A stretch of 64,000 nucleotides of DNA from a virus: the IMG/VR virus record IMGVR_UViG_3300032731_000125, positions 6,432-70,431 of that record; one strand, given 5' to 3'. This document shows positions 1 to 11,300 of the stretch, in pieces. Both the position numbers and the translations under genes were made by a program. The notes under the pieces are model-generated. The model did no database searches. It was not told the origin of the DNA and saw only the letters and a program-made list of their open reading frames with translations. Each line of letters begins with the position of its first letter. The stretch's first letter is position 1.

Positions 1-555
1 TGTTGCTCCCGTTACATCTCCTGTATGGGTTGCGTTGGTCACCTTGGCCGTGTTCGCCTCAATCGCCGTGATGTGCGCTGCCGTTGCATGTCCCGGTATT
101 GCATTGGTTGCAGCCGGAATTGCAATCACCGGAGCTGCACCAGCTATCACGGTAGGAGTGTTGCTTATCGTAACCGGAGATGTTGCAGATAAGGTTTGTT
201 TATTTACTATTGTCTGTGCTCCGTCAGCGACCGAAGTTACGTCTCCTGAGTGATTAGGGTGGACATAAGCATTGGCACCATCAGCTACATTTAAAAGGGA
301 TAAAACCGTTGCTTTTGATAGAACTTCTGGCACTCCGGTTCCGGCTGTGTTCCTTCCGAGAAGAGAGGCAGTAGCCATATTTGCCATCATAGCAAGAGGT
401 ACTTTGTTGGTATCTGAATATTTTGCAAGCTCATAATTGGTTGCCCCATCACCAATATAAATTTGATGGGTGTCTGTACTAAACCCAAACTCACCTGCAC
501 TTAAAGTCGGGAGAGAGGCATTTGCTCCTCTTCGAATCTGAATAATATTACTCAT
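1..555 (-). CDS. Tail fibre protein, 3'-truncated by window edge (Mtd-N-like N-terminus)
   Basis: Not in the ORF track. Manual translation from ATG 555 gives MSNIIQIRRGANASLPTLSAGEFGFSTDTHQIYIGDG..., open to position 1. Paralogous to the N-terminus of 979..2001. Confidence 0.85.
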   Translation of the reverse strand, partial: MSNIIQIRRGANASLPTLSAGEFGFSTDTHQIYIGDGATNYELAKYSDTNKVPLAMMANMATASLLGRNTAGTGVPEVLSKATVLSLLNVADGANAYVHPNHSGDVTSVADGAQTIVNKQTLSATSPVTISNTPTVIAGAAPVIAIPAATNAIPGHATAAHITAIEANTAKVTNATHTGDVTGAT

Positions 556-979
556 TTTTCCTCTTTTGAGATTTCTTTACTTTCTTGTTTTCAAGCTTCT
601 CGTTCAGTTTTTTTAGCTTACCTTCATATCGTTCAATCATCTGAGTAACTTCATTTGTCTTACTGGTTAAATCCTGTCTAATCTTTACAAGTTCATCCCC
701 CAAACCTCGATTGTTTTTTTCGTATCTTTGGTTGGAATCTTCCAAAACAGCAATCTGCTTCTTACAATCCGCTTTAATCTTTTCCGTATCAACAATCTGA
801 TTTTCGGCCTCTCGTTTCTTTTTTAGAAGCCCATCAAGAAGTTTTTCCTTATTGATCCTCTCAACCACTTGCTTTCCCAACTCAAAAACAAGATCGTCTG
901 TAGTTACAACAGAAGGAAATCTTCCTTGTTGATAAAGATTATTCTGTTCATTCTCCTGACTAATTTTTGCATCTTCCAT
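548..979 (-). CDS. Coiled-coil protein in the tail-fibre cluster (possible fibre chaperone)
   Basis: 143-aa K/E-rich heptad-like ORF overlapping both neighbours. Confidence 0.6.
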   Translation of the reverse strand: MEDAKISQENEQNNLYQQGRFPSVVTTDDLVFELGKQVVERINKEKLLDGLLKKKREAENQIVDTEKIKADCKKQIAVLEDSNQRYEKNNRGLGDELVKIRQDLTSKTNEVTQMIERYEGKLKKLNEKLENKKVKKSQKRKNE

Positions 980-2001
980 TAGAAGGCACCCCCATCTATT
1001 CCCGAAGCACTGTGAAGAAGTGTATTTGCTCCAGCACCATGCACTCCAGTAGTCGCAACTCCATGATCATACACGACATTGGAAGTAGCCGCCTTTGCAA
1101 CTTCCGCATTCGTCCCACCCGCTGTATCGTCAAGATAGGTTGCCGCAAAACCCACGAACTCAAGAGCAGTTTCGCCAACATTAACTCTGGCTACCTGCAA
1201 TGATGCCCCAGTATAATTCGCCGGAGTGTCACTAAGTCCTGCAAAAGTCGTTGTTGGGGCAGCCGCACTTGAAAATTGTGTAAAGACTAATGCCGTAGTA
1301 TCAACCGTAATCGGATCGTTGGTTGTCAGAATCCAACCCTCATCTGCATTGGCAGTCCCCTTTTCAATGAAGGTAAACAGCCCGGCTGTTATTTCTGTAT
1401 CAGCGTCAGTCGCCCGTGTTAAAATGAAAGCTACTCCAGCTGTGCCCTCAGTGGTTACTTTGTAAATTCCATTATCTGCTCCGGCAGCTTGGTCTGTCAC
1501 AAGAATCCGGTCATTAAGAACCGTTGCAACGCCGTCGACAGTTAATATTCCAACAGCATTGGCAGTTAAGGTTTTCCCTACCCCTGTGCCAGCAGCCGTA
1601 CATGCAGGCAGAGCCGCCGCCGTTGCTAATTCGCAGGATTCTTTTAAATCAAGCCCTGTCGCTGTGGCATCAACATAAGCTTTCGTTGCTGCGTCTTGTG
1701 CCCCCGTAGGATCTAAAACCCCAGTAATCTTATGAGTATTCATTGCAAAATCAGCAGCAGCCTGACCACTTAAAATTGCCATAACCTCTGCTGGAGTTTT
1801 CGCCTGTGGGGTATTGTCGCTTGTAGCGTACAAGAATGAAGTAGCCGCAAACAAATCATGTAATACTACTTCATGATTAGCAGCCCCATCACCTATATGA
1901 AGCTTTTGAGCCCCTGCGTCCGTGCTAAAGCCAAATTCCCCTGCTGCCAATGTTGGAATTGAGGCGAATGCGCCTCTCTTTACTTGGATAGTATTTGCCA
2001 A
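979..2001 (-). CDS. Tail fibre protein
   Basis: N-terminal QVKRG..LAAGEFGFSTD..LHIGDG. Also has the fibre motifs DPTGAQDAATKAYVD and DRILVTDQ...NGIY...LTRATDAD. Ends IDGGAF. Confidence 0.85.
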   Translation of the reverse strand: MANTIQVKRGAFASIPTLAAGEFGFSTDAGAQKLHIGDGAANHEVVLHDLFAATSFLYATSDNTPQAKTPAEVMAILSGQAAADFAMNTHKITGVLDPTGAQDAATKAYVDATATGLDLKESCELATAAALPACTAAGTGVGKTLTANAVGILTVDGVATVLNDRILVTDQAAGADNGIYKVTTEGTAGVAFILTRATDADTEITAGLFTFIEKGTANADEGWILTTNDPITVDTTALVFTQFSSAAAPTTTFAGLSDTPANYTGASLQVARVNVGETALEFVGFAATYLDDTAGGTNAEVAKAATSNVVYDHGVATTGVHGAGANTLLHSASGIDGGAF

Positions 2002-2016
2002 TTTATTTTCCTCCTT

Positions 2017-3264
2017 TTAAAAGTTTCCGCCATCAATCGATAAGTCGGGAACGTCCTCAGTACCCAAGATCGTACCACTAACCCCGTGAGTGCCGGTTGT
2101 CAATGCTGAGTGAGTGGAAACAGCCCCAAGCGCCTCATAAAGTGTGTCAAAATAAGTCTTAAGAAACGCCTTTATATTTGTCCATGTAACCTCTTTTAAA
2201 ACATTTGCAGCCGCACTGTCTACAAGGGCTATCGAGTCAGCGTCAACCGGAGTAGCTTTATCCGCCACCCCAACTATAGAAGATGCAATATTTACAGCAT
2301 CGGTTACATCTGCAAGGGCTTCGATTCCGTCCAGCTTTGAACCATCTACTGAAACGTCCCTACCATCAATAGCCATTGTATGAGCGTCGGTAGAGTGTGC
2401 TGTGTTTTCTACATTTCCCAAGCCAACGTCGGCCTTAACCAATACCAGGTCGGTTTTAACTGTAGCTACCGGGACATCCTCTGCATTACCAGTACCTGCC
2501 GTAGTACGTCCCTTGTAAGTCTTCGTTGCCATCTGGGCCGCCTTGGCGTTTGTAACCGCATTAGCAGTTATGGTCTGTGCGCCGTCGGCAACCGAAGTCA
2601 CCTCACCTGAGTGATTCGGGTGAGTGTAATTAATAGTCCCGGCAGCATCAACCCCTATACTCGTCCGTAGCGTAGCTCCTGTTTCTTCCTGCCACGTACC
2701 TACCCCAGTTCCTACTAAAACACCGCTATCTTGTGTAAACCCAGAATCAGGAACAAGAACAGGATGAACATGGAGCGAGTCTGCATCACTGCCATCGGTA
2801 AGCGTTTCAAGCTCCGCACCCGTAGCTGTAGTGTCTGAATGGCTTGCAATGGTATGATCTGACCCAGGCGTAGCAGGCACTAATTCGGACTCAAACAAAG
2901 ATTCGTCTAAGTTAAAATTCTTTAAATAGCACTTATAGACGAATATAACTGCATGATCGCCAGCAGGAGAAGGAGTACCGCTAAAAGCGTACTCTCCCGA
3001 CGTGTTAAGGGTTGTCGTAATATTGTTCCCACCCGAGTCAACAGGGCTTTCCCACGTTGGCTTCCCGTTTGACATGGTAGAAACCAGGGCGTCTGTGTCC
3101 GTTCCCCAGTCATTCATAACAAACGCTACCTCCGGCTTGTTACCGGCTGGTTTTGTGATCGTACCGCTTGTTACGCCAGAAGCAACAGTCTCGAAGTACG
3201 TTGCCTTAATATAAACTTCTGACGTATCTACTGGTTGCGGTATGCCGTTTATAATCTCAGTCAT
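2017..3264 (-). CDS. Tail fibre/tail-associated protein
   Basis: Thr/Ala/Gly-rich with fibre repeat motifs (KADVGLGNVEN, DGSKLDGIEA, HPNHSGEVTS). Ends IDGGNF. Confidence 0.8.
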   Translation of the reverse strand: MTEIINGIPQPVDTSEVYIKATYFETVASGVTSGTITKPAGNKPEVAFVMNDWGTDTDALVSTMSNGKPTWESPVDSGGNNITTTLNTSGEYAFSGTPSPAGDHAVIFVYKCYLKNFNLDESLFESELVPATPGSDHTIASHSDTTATGAELETLTDGSDADSLHVHPVLVPDSGFTQDSGVLVGTGVGTWQEETGATLRTSIGVDAAGTINYTHPNHSGEVTSVADGAQTITANAVTNAKAAQMATKTYKGRTTAGTGNAEDVPVATVKTDLVLVKADVGLGNVENTAHSTDAHTMAIDGRDVSVDGSKLDGIEALADVTDAVNIASSIVGVADKATPVDADSIALVDSAAANVLKEVTWTNIKAFLKTYFDTLYEALGAVSTHSALTTGTHGVSGTILGTEDVPDLSIDGGNF

Positions 3265-3269
3265 AATGC

Positions 3270-3899
3270 CTACTCATATTTTTGTACTGAATAACAAAAG
3301 GGTTCACATCTCAAGCACATATTAAGAATAGTCTGATTGCATACATTAAAGAAATTACCTGCCTCAGACAGGCTGTTAAACACCTTGCCATGTATCACCC
3401 ACCACTTAGATGTTCTCGTATTTTGCATGTTTTCTTTTTGTGTAACAAATCTACAGTTCGATGGGCTATAATTTCCATTGGTATCAATTCTGTCTATACA
3501 GAGTCCTTTTTCCCATCCATTCGCAATAGCCCAATTATAAAAACTCTTGAAATCAAGCCATTCTTCACAGACAATTATTCCACGGTCTTTATAATATTTT
3601 AATTTTCTGGCAGAGGCACCTTTTGTATGCCCACATCTTTCCCTTATCTTTAGCCATGTGTGAAAGACAGGATGGCTACTTAGTCCGTGAGTAGAATTTT
3701 TTTCTTTTGTCATATCAATTTTATAGCATCCACAAGACCTTGTATGGTTTTGTATTAGGTTGCTTGACGATACTCTGGCAATGTTCCCACACTCACACTG
3801 ACATTCCCATGTGGCACGCCTGCTTTTATTTGTATTGTAATATTTTAAAACCGCAAGCCTTCCGAATTTTTTTCCTGTCAAATCTATTGCTCTGATCAT
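3270..3899 (-). CDS. Free-standing HNH homing endonuclease (Zn-binding N-terminus, C-terminal NUMOD1-like HTH)
   Basis: Motifs DLTGKKFGRL, WECQCECG, RSCGC, RGIIVCEEW, IDRIDTNGNYSPSNCRF, FNSLSEAG. Confidence 0.85.
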   Translation of the reverse strand: MIRAIDLTGKKFGRLAVLKYYNTNKSRRATWECQCECGNIARVSSSNLIQNHTRSCGCYKIDMTKEKNSTHGLSSHPVFHTWLKIRERCGHTKGASARKLKYYKDRGIIVCEEWLDFKSFYNWAIANGWEKGLCIDRIDTNGNYSPSNCRFVTQKENMQNTRTSKWWVIHGKVFNSLSEAGNFFNVCNQTILNMCLRCEPFCYSVQKYE

Positions 3900-4132
3900 T
3901 TTATCTTCCTATAACTATATGTAAACTCAATATGTATAATAAAACAACAACCAGAAACACCTCTCTTTCTGTTAAGCGAAATCGTGAAGATATCTCTTGA
4001 TGCGACATTAACTCCTTTAAACGTTGACTTCCAGATAGCCACTTTCTAAGCAATCGTGCTTGTATTATTGCTCGACTAATATATCTCGAAAATGGAACCG
4101 ATTCTGGCAACGCTGAACTTCGTAGCCGAGCA

Positions 4133-4231
4133 TTACGTTGTTCCGCTACCAGCCGTTGTAAACCAAGTTGCCTTGACATATTTTTCTCCTACGTTAACAG
4201 GCTGTGGTATACCGTTTATAGTCTCAGTCAT
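4133..4231 (-). pseudogene. Truncated 32-codon duplicate of the 5' end of 2017..3264
   Basis: MTETINGIPQPVNVGEKYVKATWFTTAGSGTT* compared with MTEIINGIPQPVDTSEVYIKATYFETVASGVTSG. Confidence 0.75.
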
Positions 4232-4232
4232 T

Positions 4233-4721
4233 TTACGCTTTTCCGGTTACGGTTATTCCAGTTTTCAGAGGTTTATAGCGCATATACCAGGTGATTGCTC
4301 CAGTGGTCGTGTTGCTGTTTGCCAAGTTCATATCAACCGTACCGGGTAGCAGTATCAGAGGAACGTCCATACCAATGCCTAACGGTAGCGCCGTGCCTGG
4401 AATTGCAAGGACCGCCGCATTCGCGATTGTACCGTCAAAGTAAATCCATCCGTTAATAGCAAAACCGTTGATATCAATCGCAGCACACATATCGGTATCC
4501 GCACCGGCAGTCGGGTCCATTATTAATTTCATAGCACAAGCATTTGCAGAAACGGCCGTAGTAACTTCGCCAATCAGAGCAGTGACCTCAATTGGCCCAC
4601 CTGTGATTGTAAATATGTTAGCCACACTTCCCCCGGTTGTGATTTGGGCTCCGGTAGACACAGCTTTTTCTGCCATTTCCCAAACTGCGTTATCTTCTAT
4701 ACCGTCAATTGTTTCAGTCAT
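4233..4721 (-). CDS. Virion structural protein (beta-rich); probable start ATG 4721
   Basis: TAATG coupling with the upstream stop. Begins MTETIDGI. Confidence 0.65.
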   Translation of the reverse strand: MTETIDGIEDNAVWEMAEKAVSTGAQITTGGSVANIFTITGGPIEVTALIGEVTTAVSANACAMKLIMDPTAGADTDMCAAIDINGFAINGWIYFDGTIANAAVLAIPGTALPLGIGMDVPLILLPGTVDMNLANSNTTTGAITWYMRYKPLKTGITVTGKA

Positions 4722-5341
4722 TATACCAACCTCCGTGTGTAAAGCTTTATCCCCCAAAGAGCGTCGTCAGCATTGTTCCATACAACATCGACCTTGTCGC
4801 CGGATTCGCACTTTTTGGGTTCGTCAAAGAAGTAGTCTATGTCTTGCACACCGTTCATGTCCTTACTGTAGACCTTGCGATCCCATGCGGCACCCTTGTT
4901 GGCATCGATATTGATAACAAAGGTTTCGGCAGCAGTAGAAGCAGCGGCATTAAGATGTAGAGTAAAGCCCAAGAATTCAAACGGAGGGCCAGCCGCAACA
5001 GTCACGCCAGCGTCGGAATACTTACCGGTAATGCGGTCATATGTCACCATGGTCTTAATGGTGTCGCTGGTGTCTACGGTAGCTTCGGCAATGAATTTCG
5101 CATAGATAGTAATAGTGTTGGCCGCAACTGCTTGGATAAGCTTCAACCCGTTGTAATTAATAGTACCCTGGATATAAACCAAACTTCCGGCCTTAAACCC
5201 ATGGTCGGTAGCGCCGAGAGTAGTTAGGTGCTTGCCGTCTACACTATTGCCGGTTACGGGGTCAGTTGTTGCAAGAGTTGAGTAGGTTTCCTCGTCTCCC
5301 GAGAATTCCCAAACGTCATAAGGTTGTGATAGTAATGGCAT
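4721..5341 (-). CDS. Virion/tail structural protein
   Basis: 206 aa with GGAGG SD and a small beta-domain motif (HGFKAGSLVYIQGT..YNG) common in phage tail proteins. Confidence 0.6.
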   Translation of the reverse strand: MPLLSQPYDVWEFSGDEETYSTLATTDPVTGNSVDGKHLTTLGATDHGFKAGSLVYIQGTINYNGLKLIQAVAANTITIYAKFIAEATVDTSDTIKTMVTYDRITGKYSDAGVTVAAGPPFEFLGFTLHLNAAASTAAETFVINIDANKGAAWDRKVYSKDMNGVQDIDYFFDEPKKCESGDKVDVVWNNADDALWGIKLYTRRLV

Positions 5342-5360
5342 TGTGCCCTCCTGTTATTGT

Positions 5361-8300
5361 TTATTTTTTACTTTTTAATATAATCTCATAAGCTTTTTTG
5401 GTTAAGGCGTTTCTTTGAACAGTATATTTGTTGAGCTTTGAGCGCTTATCTTCTGGTGACATTGTTTTTGAACTGTAAACCCTTCGTATCTTTTTATTAA
5501 GATCACGAAGTCGGATACGATATTTATTTAAAGTCGGCTTGAAACGTATCTTCTTAATGTTGTCATGCCTCAGTTTGCGCGCCTTGTCGAAATCCCTGGT
5601 TTTCTTGTAATGGTTGACGGTGCCTATTAACTCGTCCATCTCTTTCATGGCAGCATAGAAACGTGAAGAGTATTTGGTGTTTCTCTGAATCTTGGTTTCT
5701 CTGATAAACCTACCAAGCATCGGGTAGTCTTGTATAGATTTTGTGGGGTCTTCAGGAAAATCGCCAAAGTGGTAAGCCATCATGTCAGCGCCACTAAGTA
5801 TAAACGTACCTACTGTTGAAAAATAACCCTCAATCAATGCTTCTGCACGTTTCGGAGGTATGCCCCACTTGCCTGCCAGTTGAAGGGTTTTGGATGTCCA
5901 CTGATCAGCACGTTCACCCGGCGACAACCCTTGTAAATATGTTGATTCTATTGGGCGACCGGTGAAAAAAGACTTATTGGCCCATTGTTCTATAACAGGT
6001 CGCATTAGTTGCGGTACGGGGTTCAGCGCAAATGTTTCGGAAAACGTATGCTGCAACATATCTACCATAAAGCCAATTTCTTCGTTATCTGACATGGTTT
6101 CAGCAGTTGCCTCAAAAGCTGTACTAAAAATGGCCCCAACTTCAAAAGGTTTAGGTATACGGTAATGATCTTCTCCTATCCAAACGTGGTAATATGTCCA
6201 TTTGTCCCAGTCTTCTAACGCCTTCCACTCTTCGCGGTCTTTGTTGAACCCCCACAAGGCCAAGCTTGCCATGGCTAATGTTGCACCCTTGACGCCGAAC
6301 AGTATAGGATCGGCCCACGCAGCACGACCAAGTTTATAGCCACCCTGCATACGAGCATTCATAAACGGAACAACTTGGGCAAGGAACTGAATCGAAGCCG
6401 CATCACCCCTCATGGTGAAGTCAAGCAAGTCCCGAGACTCAAAAGCTGCTTCAAGATGAGACTTCTGTTCTTTAATGCGTGTTTTGTATAGTGTGACTCT
6501 TGCTGCATTTTCAGAAGCCGATCCTACTTTTTCCCAAAAGGACAACAGTTTGCGAGGAGTGTCGAGTATCCTGTCAGCAACACCCTTACCTTCACGCTTT
6601 GTGGTGCGCTTAATAAACTGTGCAAGTATATGGGCATCGTCAGCCTTGACATAACTGGAGCCAAAAGCCGCGCCTGACGCTGCGAATTTAACAAAGTCCT
6701 GATCTTCTTTCATGGCGCTGTAAAAACCTTTAACAGAATCAAAGAACGGCACGAACGACTTAGATATCAAGGCAGTGTGAACCGTATCCCTGGCGAAGTT
6801 GGAAATACGAAACGCTGGTCCAAACGTAGCTCCGAAAGTCAGCGCTTTTTTAGATAGTCTGAACATCTTCATGAGGGCATTGTCGAAAGCTTCATTGTTT
6901 ACATTAGACAAAGCGTTGAATAGTTCGGGATCGTTAACGCGGAAGTAAACACGGTCACCGTCGCGCTGAAATGTTAATATGTTATGATCAGATAATCTGC
7001 CGAACATGGTTTGTTGAATTTTGGTCTTGGAGACATCGTATTTATTGCCCGTTGTACCTGTTAAAACACCGGCATAATCGTTTGCTTCTTTCTTGGTTTC
7101 GAATGTTTTAGACGCTCTTTTGCCGCCTTCTTTCTTGACAGCCCAACGCTCTTCGGTCTTCGTGCCCAAGACGTTTACCAGATCCTTCATCTCCATTTCC
7201 TGAATTACATCGAGATTTAAGCGTTTAGCAGAGTCAAAAGCTTCCGACCGAGCAACGTTACGCATAGATTCATGGATTAGATGCGTCCAATTCCGGATAA
7301 CATTTTCAAGTGGATCTCCAAGCTTCTTGTCGGAACCCATCAGGCGGCGGATATTGGCATCGATGTTCTTTTTAGATTGTGCCGGTCCACGTAGGTATTC
7401 TTCCCGAGAAGCAGGGTCTTCAAACACGCGGTAAAACGGTACATAGAAATGCTGTTCCCATTGTTTGCGTCGTTCCTGGTTTATGAGTCCGGACTCAACA
7501 GCAAGATCAAGGATACCGTTGTTGAACTCGTTGAATTGTTCGTGCAGAACATCCCATGATTCGGCGTTATTGGGTTTTTCACCAACGGCTTCAAAAATTT
7601 CGTCACGTTCAGCTTTAAGTAGCCAGTTTTCCTTTGACCGTTCTTCGCTTACAGGTTGGGTTGACAGTACTTCCGCACGTTTCGCCGCTATCCAGTATAG
7701 CAGATTGTCGCCATCTTCCTTAAGTGACCCAAACCATTCTAGGAATCCTTTACGATTGGTGTCTACGGTCATGGCCTTGCCGTCCCATTTAAGAATACCA
7801 TGTCGCATGAATGTCGCAAGCACACCTTCAATACCGGTTTCTAAGCGGTGCAACATATATGCTTCGTTGCCGAGTTGGTCTTTAACAGGATGAAGCCGGT
7901 CGAATACCCTGGTACGCCAGTTTTTACGTGTGTCGTCTATGAATTCTACGGCCTTTGTTATAGTTCCTTTTTTGTCTACGCCGAATAAACGTTTCTTCCA
8001 TCCTTTTTGTTTGACGGGTTTGGACGGTTTGGATGGTTTGGTTTCAGCAATGTCAACATCTGACGGTTTGAAGTGTTTATCATATTGAGCCAACTTCTCC
8101 GGGTAATTCTTTTCGAGGTATTTACGTGCGTTAGCTGATAGTTCGCGTTCTTTGGTGGAGAATGATATGCGTGGATCTGTTTCGCTGAATGTGCCACGAT
8201 TGAAGACGGACTTAACCTGGATGGGTTCAAAGACAGCATAGGCCACATGCCCCTCTCCTGACGTAACAACATCATCAATTATTAGACCGTCATAACCCGC

Positions 8301-11300
8301 CTTTTTAAAGTCTTGTTCAAGATTCCAGTCTTCAATTATCTTCCATATTGTCGGTTCGTCAACACTAAGGTCGTTTGCCCAATCAGCAAACTCCTCGCCT
8401 TTACCGGCAATCCCAATTTCTTTTAAGTATTCAAAAAATTCTTCAGCACTCGGAGTTGTCCCCCATTCTGAAAGATCAACAGGGTTCTTTAGGGACAAAT
8501 ACACAGGCAGAACGTTCTGCCCCTCTGCCCCTGCAAGCATATCGCTTTCGGAAACTTCGTCTACATCAGTATAGGTAAACTCCCCGTCTTCATCCTCCAT
8601 TTCTTGAAAAGCACCATCTCTAAATGCTGCTCGGTCGGCATATTTCCCTGCTACCCTTGGGTTAGGTGTAAACCATATGAGATTCCCGCTAAAGATTTCT
8701 ATCTCAGCATTAGTCCCATGATAAACAACAAGCGGCTTCCCCTTCTCGTCAACAACCTTCGACTTACCAAACCATTTTTTAAAGTTTAGGTTATCAAAAA
8801 TGTTCTTAATAGCACTTTTTGTACTGAGCGATGTAGGTTGTGCAAATTCGTTTAACTCGCTTAAGATATCTTCATCAACCTCCACCTTACCCTTATGCAT
8901 TTTCTTAAGCTGATCAATGGTTCTGGTTGCCGTCTTGCCTGATTCAACGCCACGGACAACGCCTCTCGCCGTTATTCCCGCCAAATTAGCGAAACTGTCT
9001 ATTATGTCGGCAATTTTCTGCACAATTTGACCGATAATGGACTCACGGCCTTTTTCACGTTTTTCGAGTTCGCTTGTAAGCCATCTGACGCGACCCTCTT
9101 CGCCAGAAAACTTACCCTTATTATATGATACAGCCTGACGCTCTATGGCTGCTATTTCTGATTTTGTAAGCAAGCCTGATTTTTCAAGGAAATGGACGAA
9201 CTCATGGTTGACTGTGTGTTTATCACCAACACCTTTGACTATCCGGATGGCTTTTTCAACATGAGTGTATGAGCCTGTAACCTTTTCCCCACTTTTTAAC
9301 GGACGACCATATGCAGTTTCAACAAGGATGTCGCCATTTTCCATTGTGTCTACGTTCTTGATGATTAATCCACGGTTATTCGGAAAATTGACTGTAATAT
9401 CACCGTTGTCCGATTGGGCAACAGTGCCACGCTGGAATATAGGTAGTGACTTAACGGTTTTTAAGTCGATTTTACGTGGTGATGGTTTCGACGGTTCGGT
9501 GGTTGCGAGTTCTACCTTCTTGGATATTAAATACTTGGCATAATCAATGCCCGTTTTAGTTAAGTCACGAGCATCAAGGAAAGAACCGTCAGCTTTAATT
9601 AATTGACCTTTATTGTTTATAGTTCGACCTTCTTTGACTAATTCTCGTATTAGATTGCGCCTTGATATAACCCTACCTTTATGTTTAACGTTAGCCGACA
9701 ATGTTTTAATGGCACGACCTCTACCCATTGCTTTCATTCCGGAATCAAAACCATCAAGATCTTCACGCTCGGCCTTAACTTTGTCTTCTTTTGCTTTTGT
9801 TTCCGTTGATTCTTTTAATGCTTTTTGGTAGCTTTTAAAGTTTTTAGTGTCAAATGTTATCTCAGATTCAACATCACTTACATGTATAAAGTTTCGATGT
9901 TTTTGACCTTCTGTTGAAATTTCAAGCCATCCTTCAGGTCTACCTTCTGCCTTCTTCACTATGGTGCGCTTGCCACCTTTTGAATCCCACGTTTTTCCAA
10001 CAACTTTTTCAACCGTCGATAATTCTACATCACCCTTTTCACCTTTTTCAACCTTGGTTTCTACCTTGGCGGCGGGCTTGGCTTGCTGAACAATTTGTTC
10101 GTGTTTTGGTATAGTTTCTTTCATTACCCCATCTTCTACCATCCAAGGGTATTTCGTTCTTATCTCTTTGCGAAGCTCTTTCATCCTTCCCGCTAATTTG
10201 TTTTTTATGCGAGTCTTGCCAGGGTCTCTGCTTCGTACATATCTTTGGTGTTCTGCGTCCACGGTTCGGAACTCATCAAGCATAGATTTTAATGCAAGAG
10301 TATGGGAAGCAAACTCATCCTTCGTCATTTCCCACGGTTCAACCCTCCCCTTGGCTTCGGGGACGGGCTTCTTGGGCGCAACAGGTTCTTTCGCCTTGGC
10401 CTTTTTACCCTCTGAGACCTCCACAGGTGCCACTGGTTCGACTTTCTCGGGTTTAACAATGGTTGGTACGGGTTTAGGCTTGGGTTCGACTACGGGTTCA
10501 ATTGGCGCTTCTGTTGCTTGTTTGAATTTGCGTTCTTTGGTAAACTTAACCTCAACGACAACAGACCCATCTGTGCCTTGTATTACATCACCGTCAATAG
10601 TTGTTTCACCTTTGCGGTAAAATTTTAACCTATCCAACCCATCTTTGCTAACAAGGGCTTCGCCAGTTTCGTCAAAGGTCATAGAACTGAACCTGCGCTT
10701 GGCAGATGGACTTAAAAGTTTTTGTGCATTGCGTAACCTTTTCTTTATAGTCTCCATGGGTGTAACTTTAAGAACCTTTTCGTCAACTGTCAACCCTTCT
10801 TCTGGTACAATATCTTCAACCTCCGCAACCGCAACCTTCTCCACACCTGCAACTTCAACCGGCTTAGTCGGCGCTTCTTTTCTAACTTCCTGTAGTTCGG
10901 CTTCATCTTCTACCTCCTCGACAGGTTTAACCAATTCTTCGGCTTCTACCCCCTCGGCTTCCGGAGCTATATCTGTCGTTTCGGCTTCAGGGGTAGGCTT
11001 GACAGGTTCTTCCCCAAATGCTTTAATATCTTCAATGTCGGCAAGTTCTTCTTCGGTTAATTCAGCATCTTCGGCAGGTTGGGCATATTCCTCGCTTATT
11101 GCCATATTAGCAGCACCACCGATACCCCCTGTAAGAAGTGTCATGAAGGCAGTAGGGCCAATAACATCCAACGCTTCAGCCCATGGGTCTGCATCAGGAC
11201 GAATATCAAAAGATTTTTCAACTTGAGCTTCACCGGCTGCTTGGCCTATTTCAGTGCCTACTTCAACACCTAGTGTTTTAAGGAAATCTTTGACTATCTG

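Noticed and set aside
1-2001. Diversity-generating retroelement suggested by Mtd-N-like domains
   Set aside because: No reverse transcriptase, Avd or TR/VR pair differing at adenines seen in the window; one could lie outside it
3900-4132. Group I intron carrying the HNH
   Set aside because: The downstream gene restarts with its own complete 5' end, and I could not identify P7/catalytic core elements
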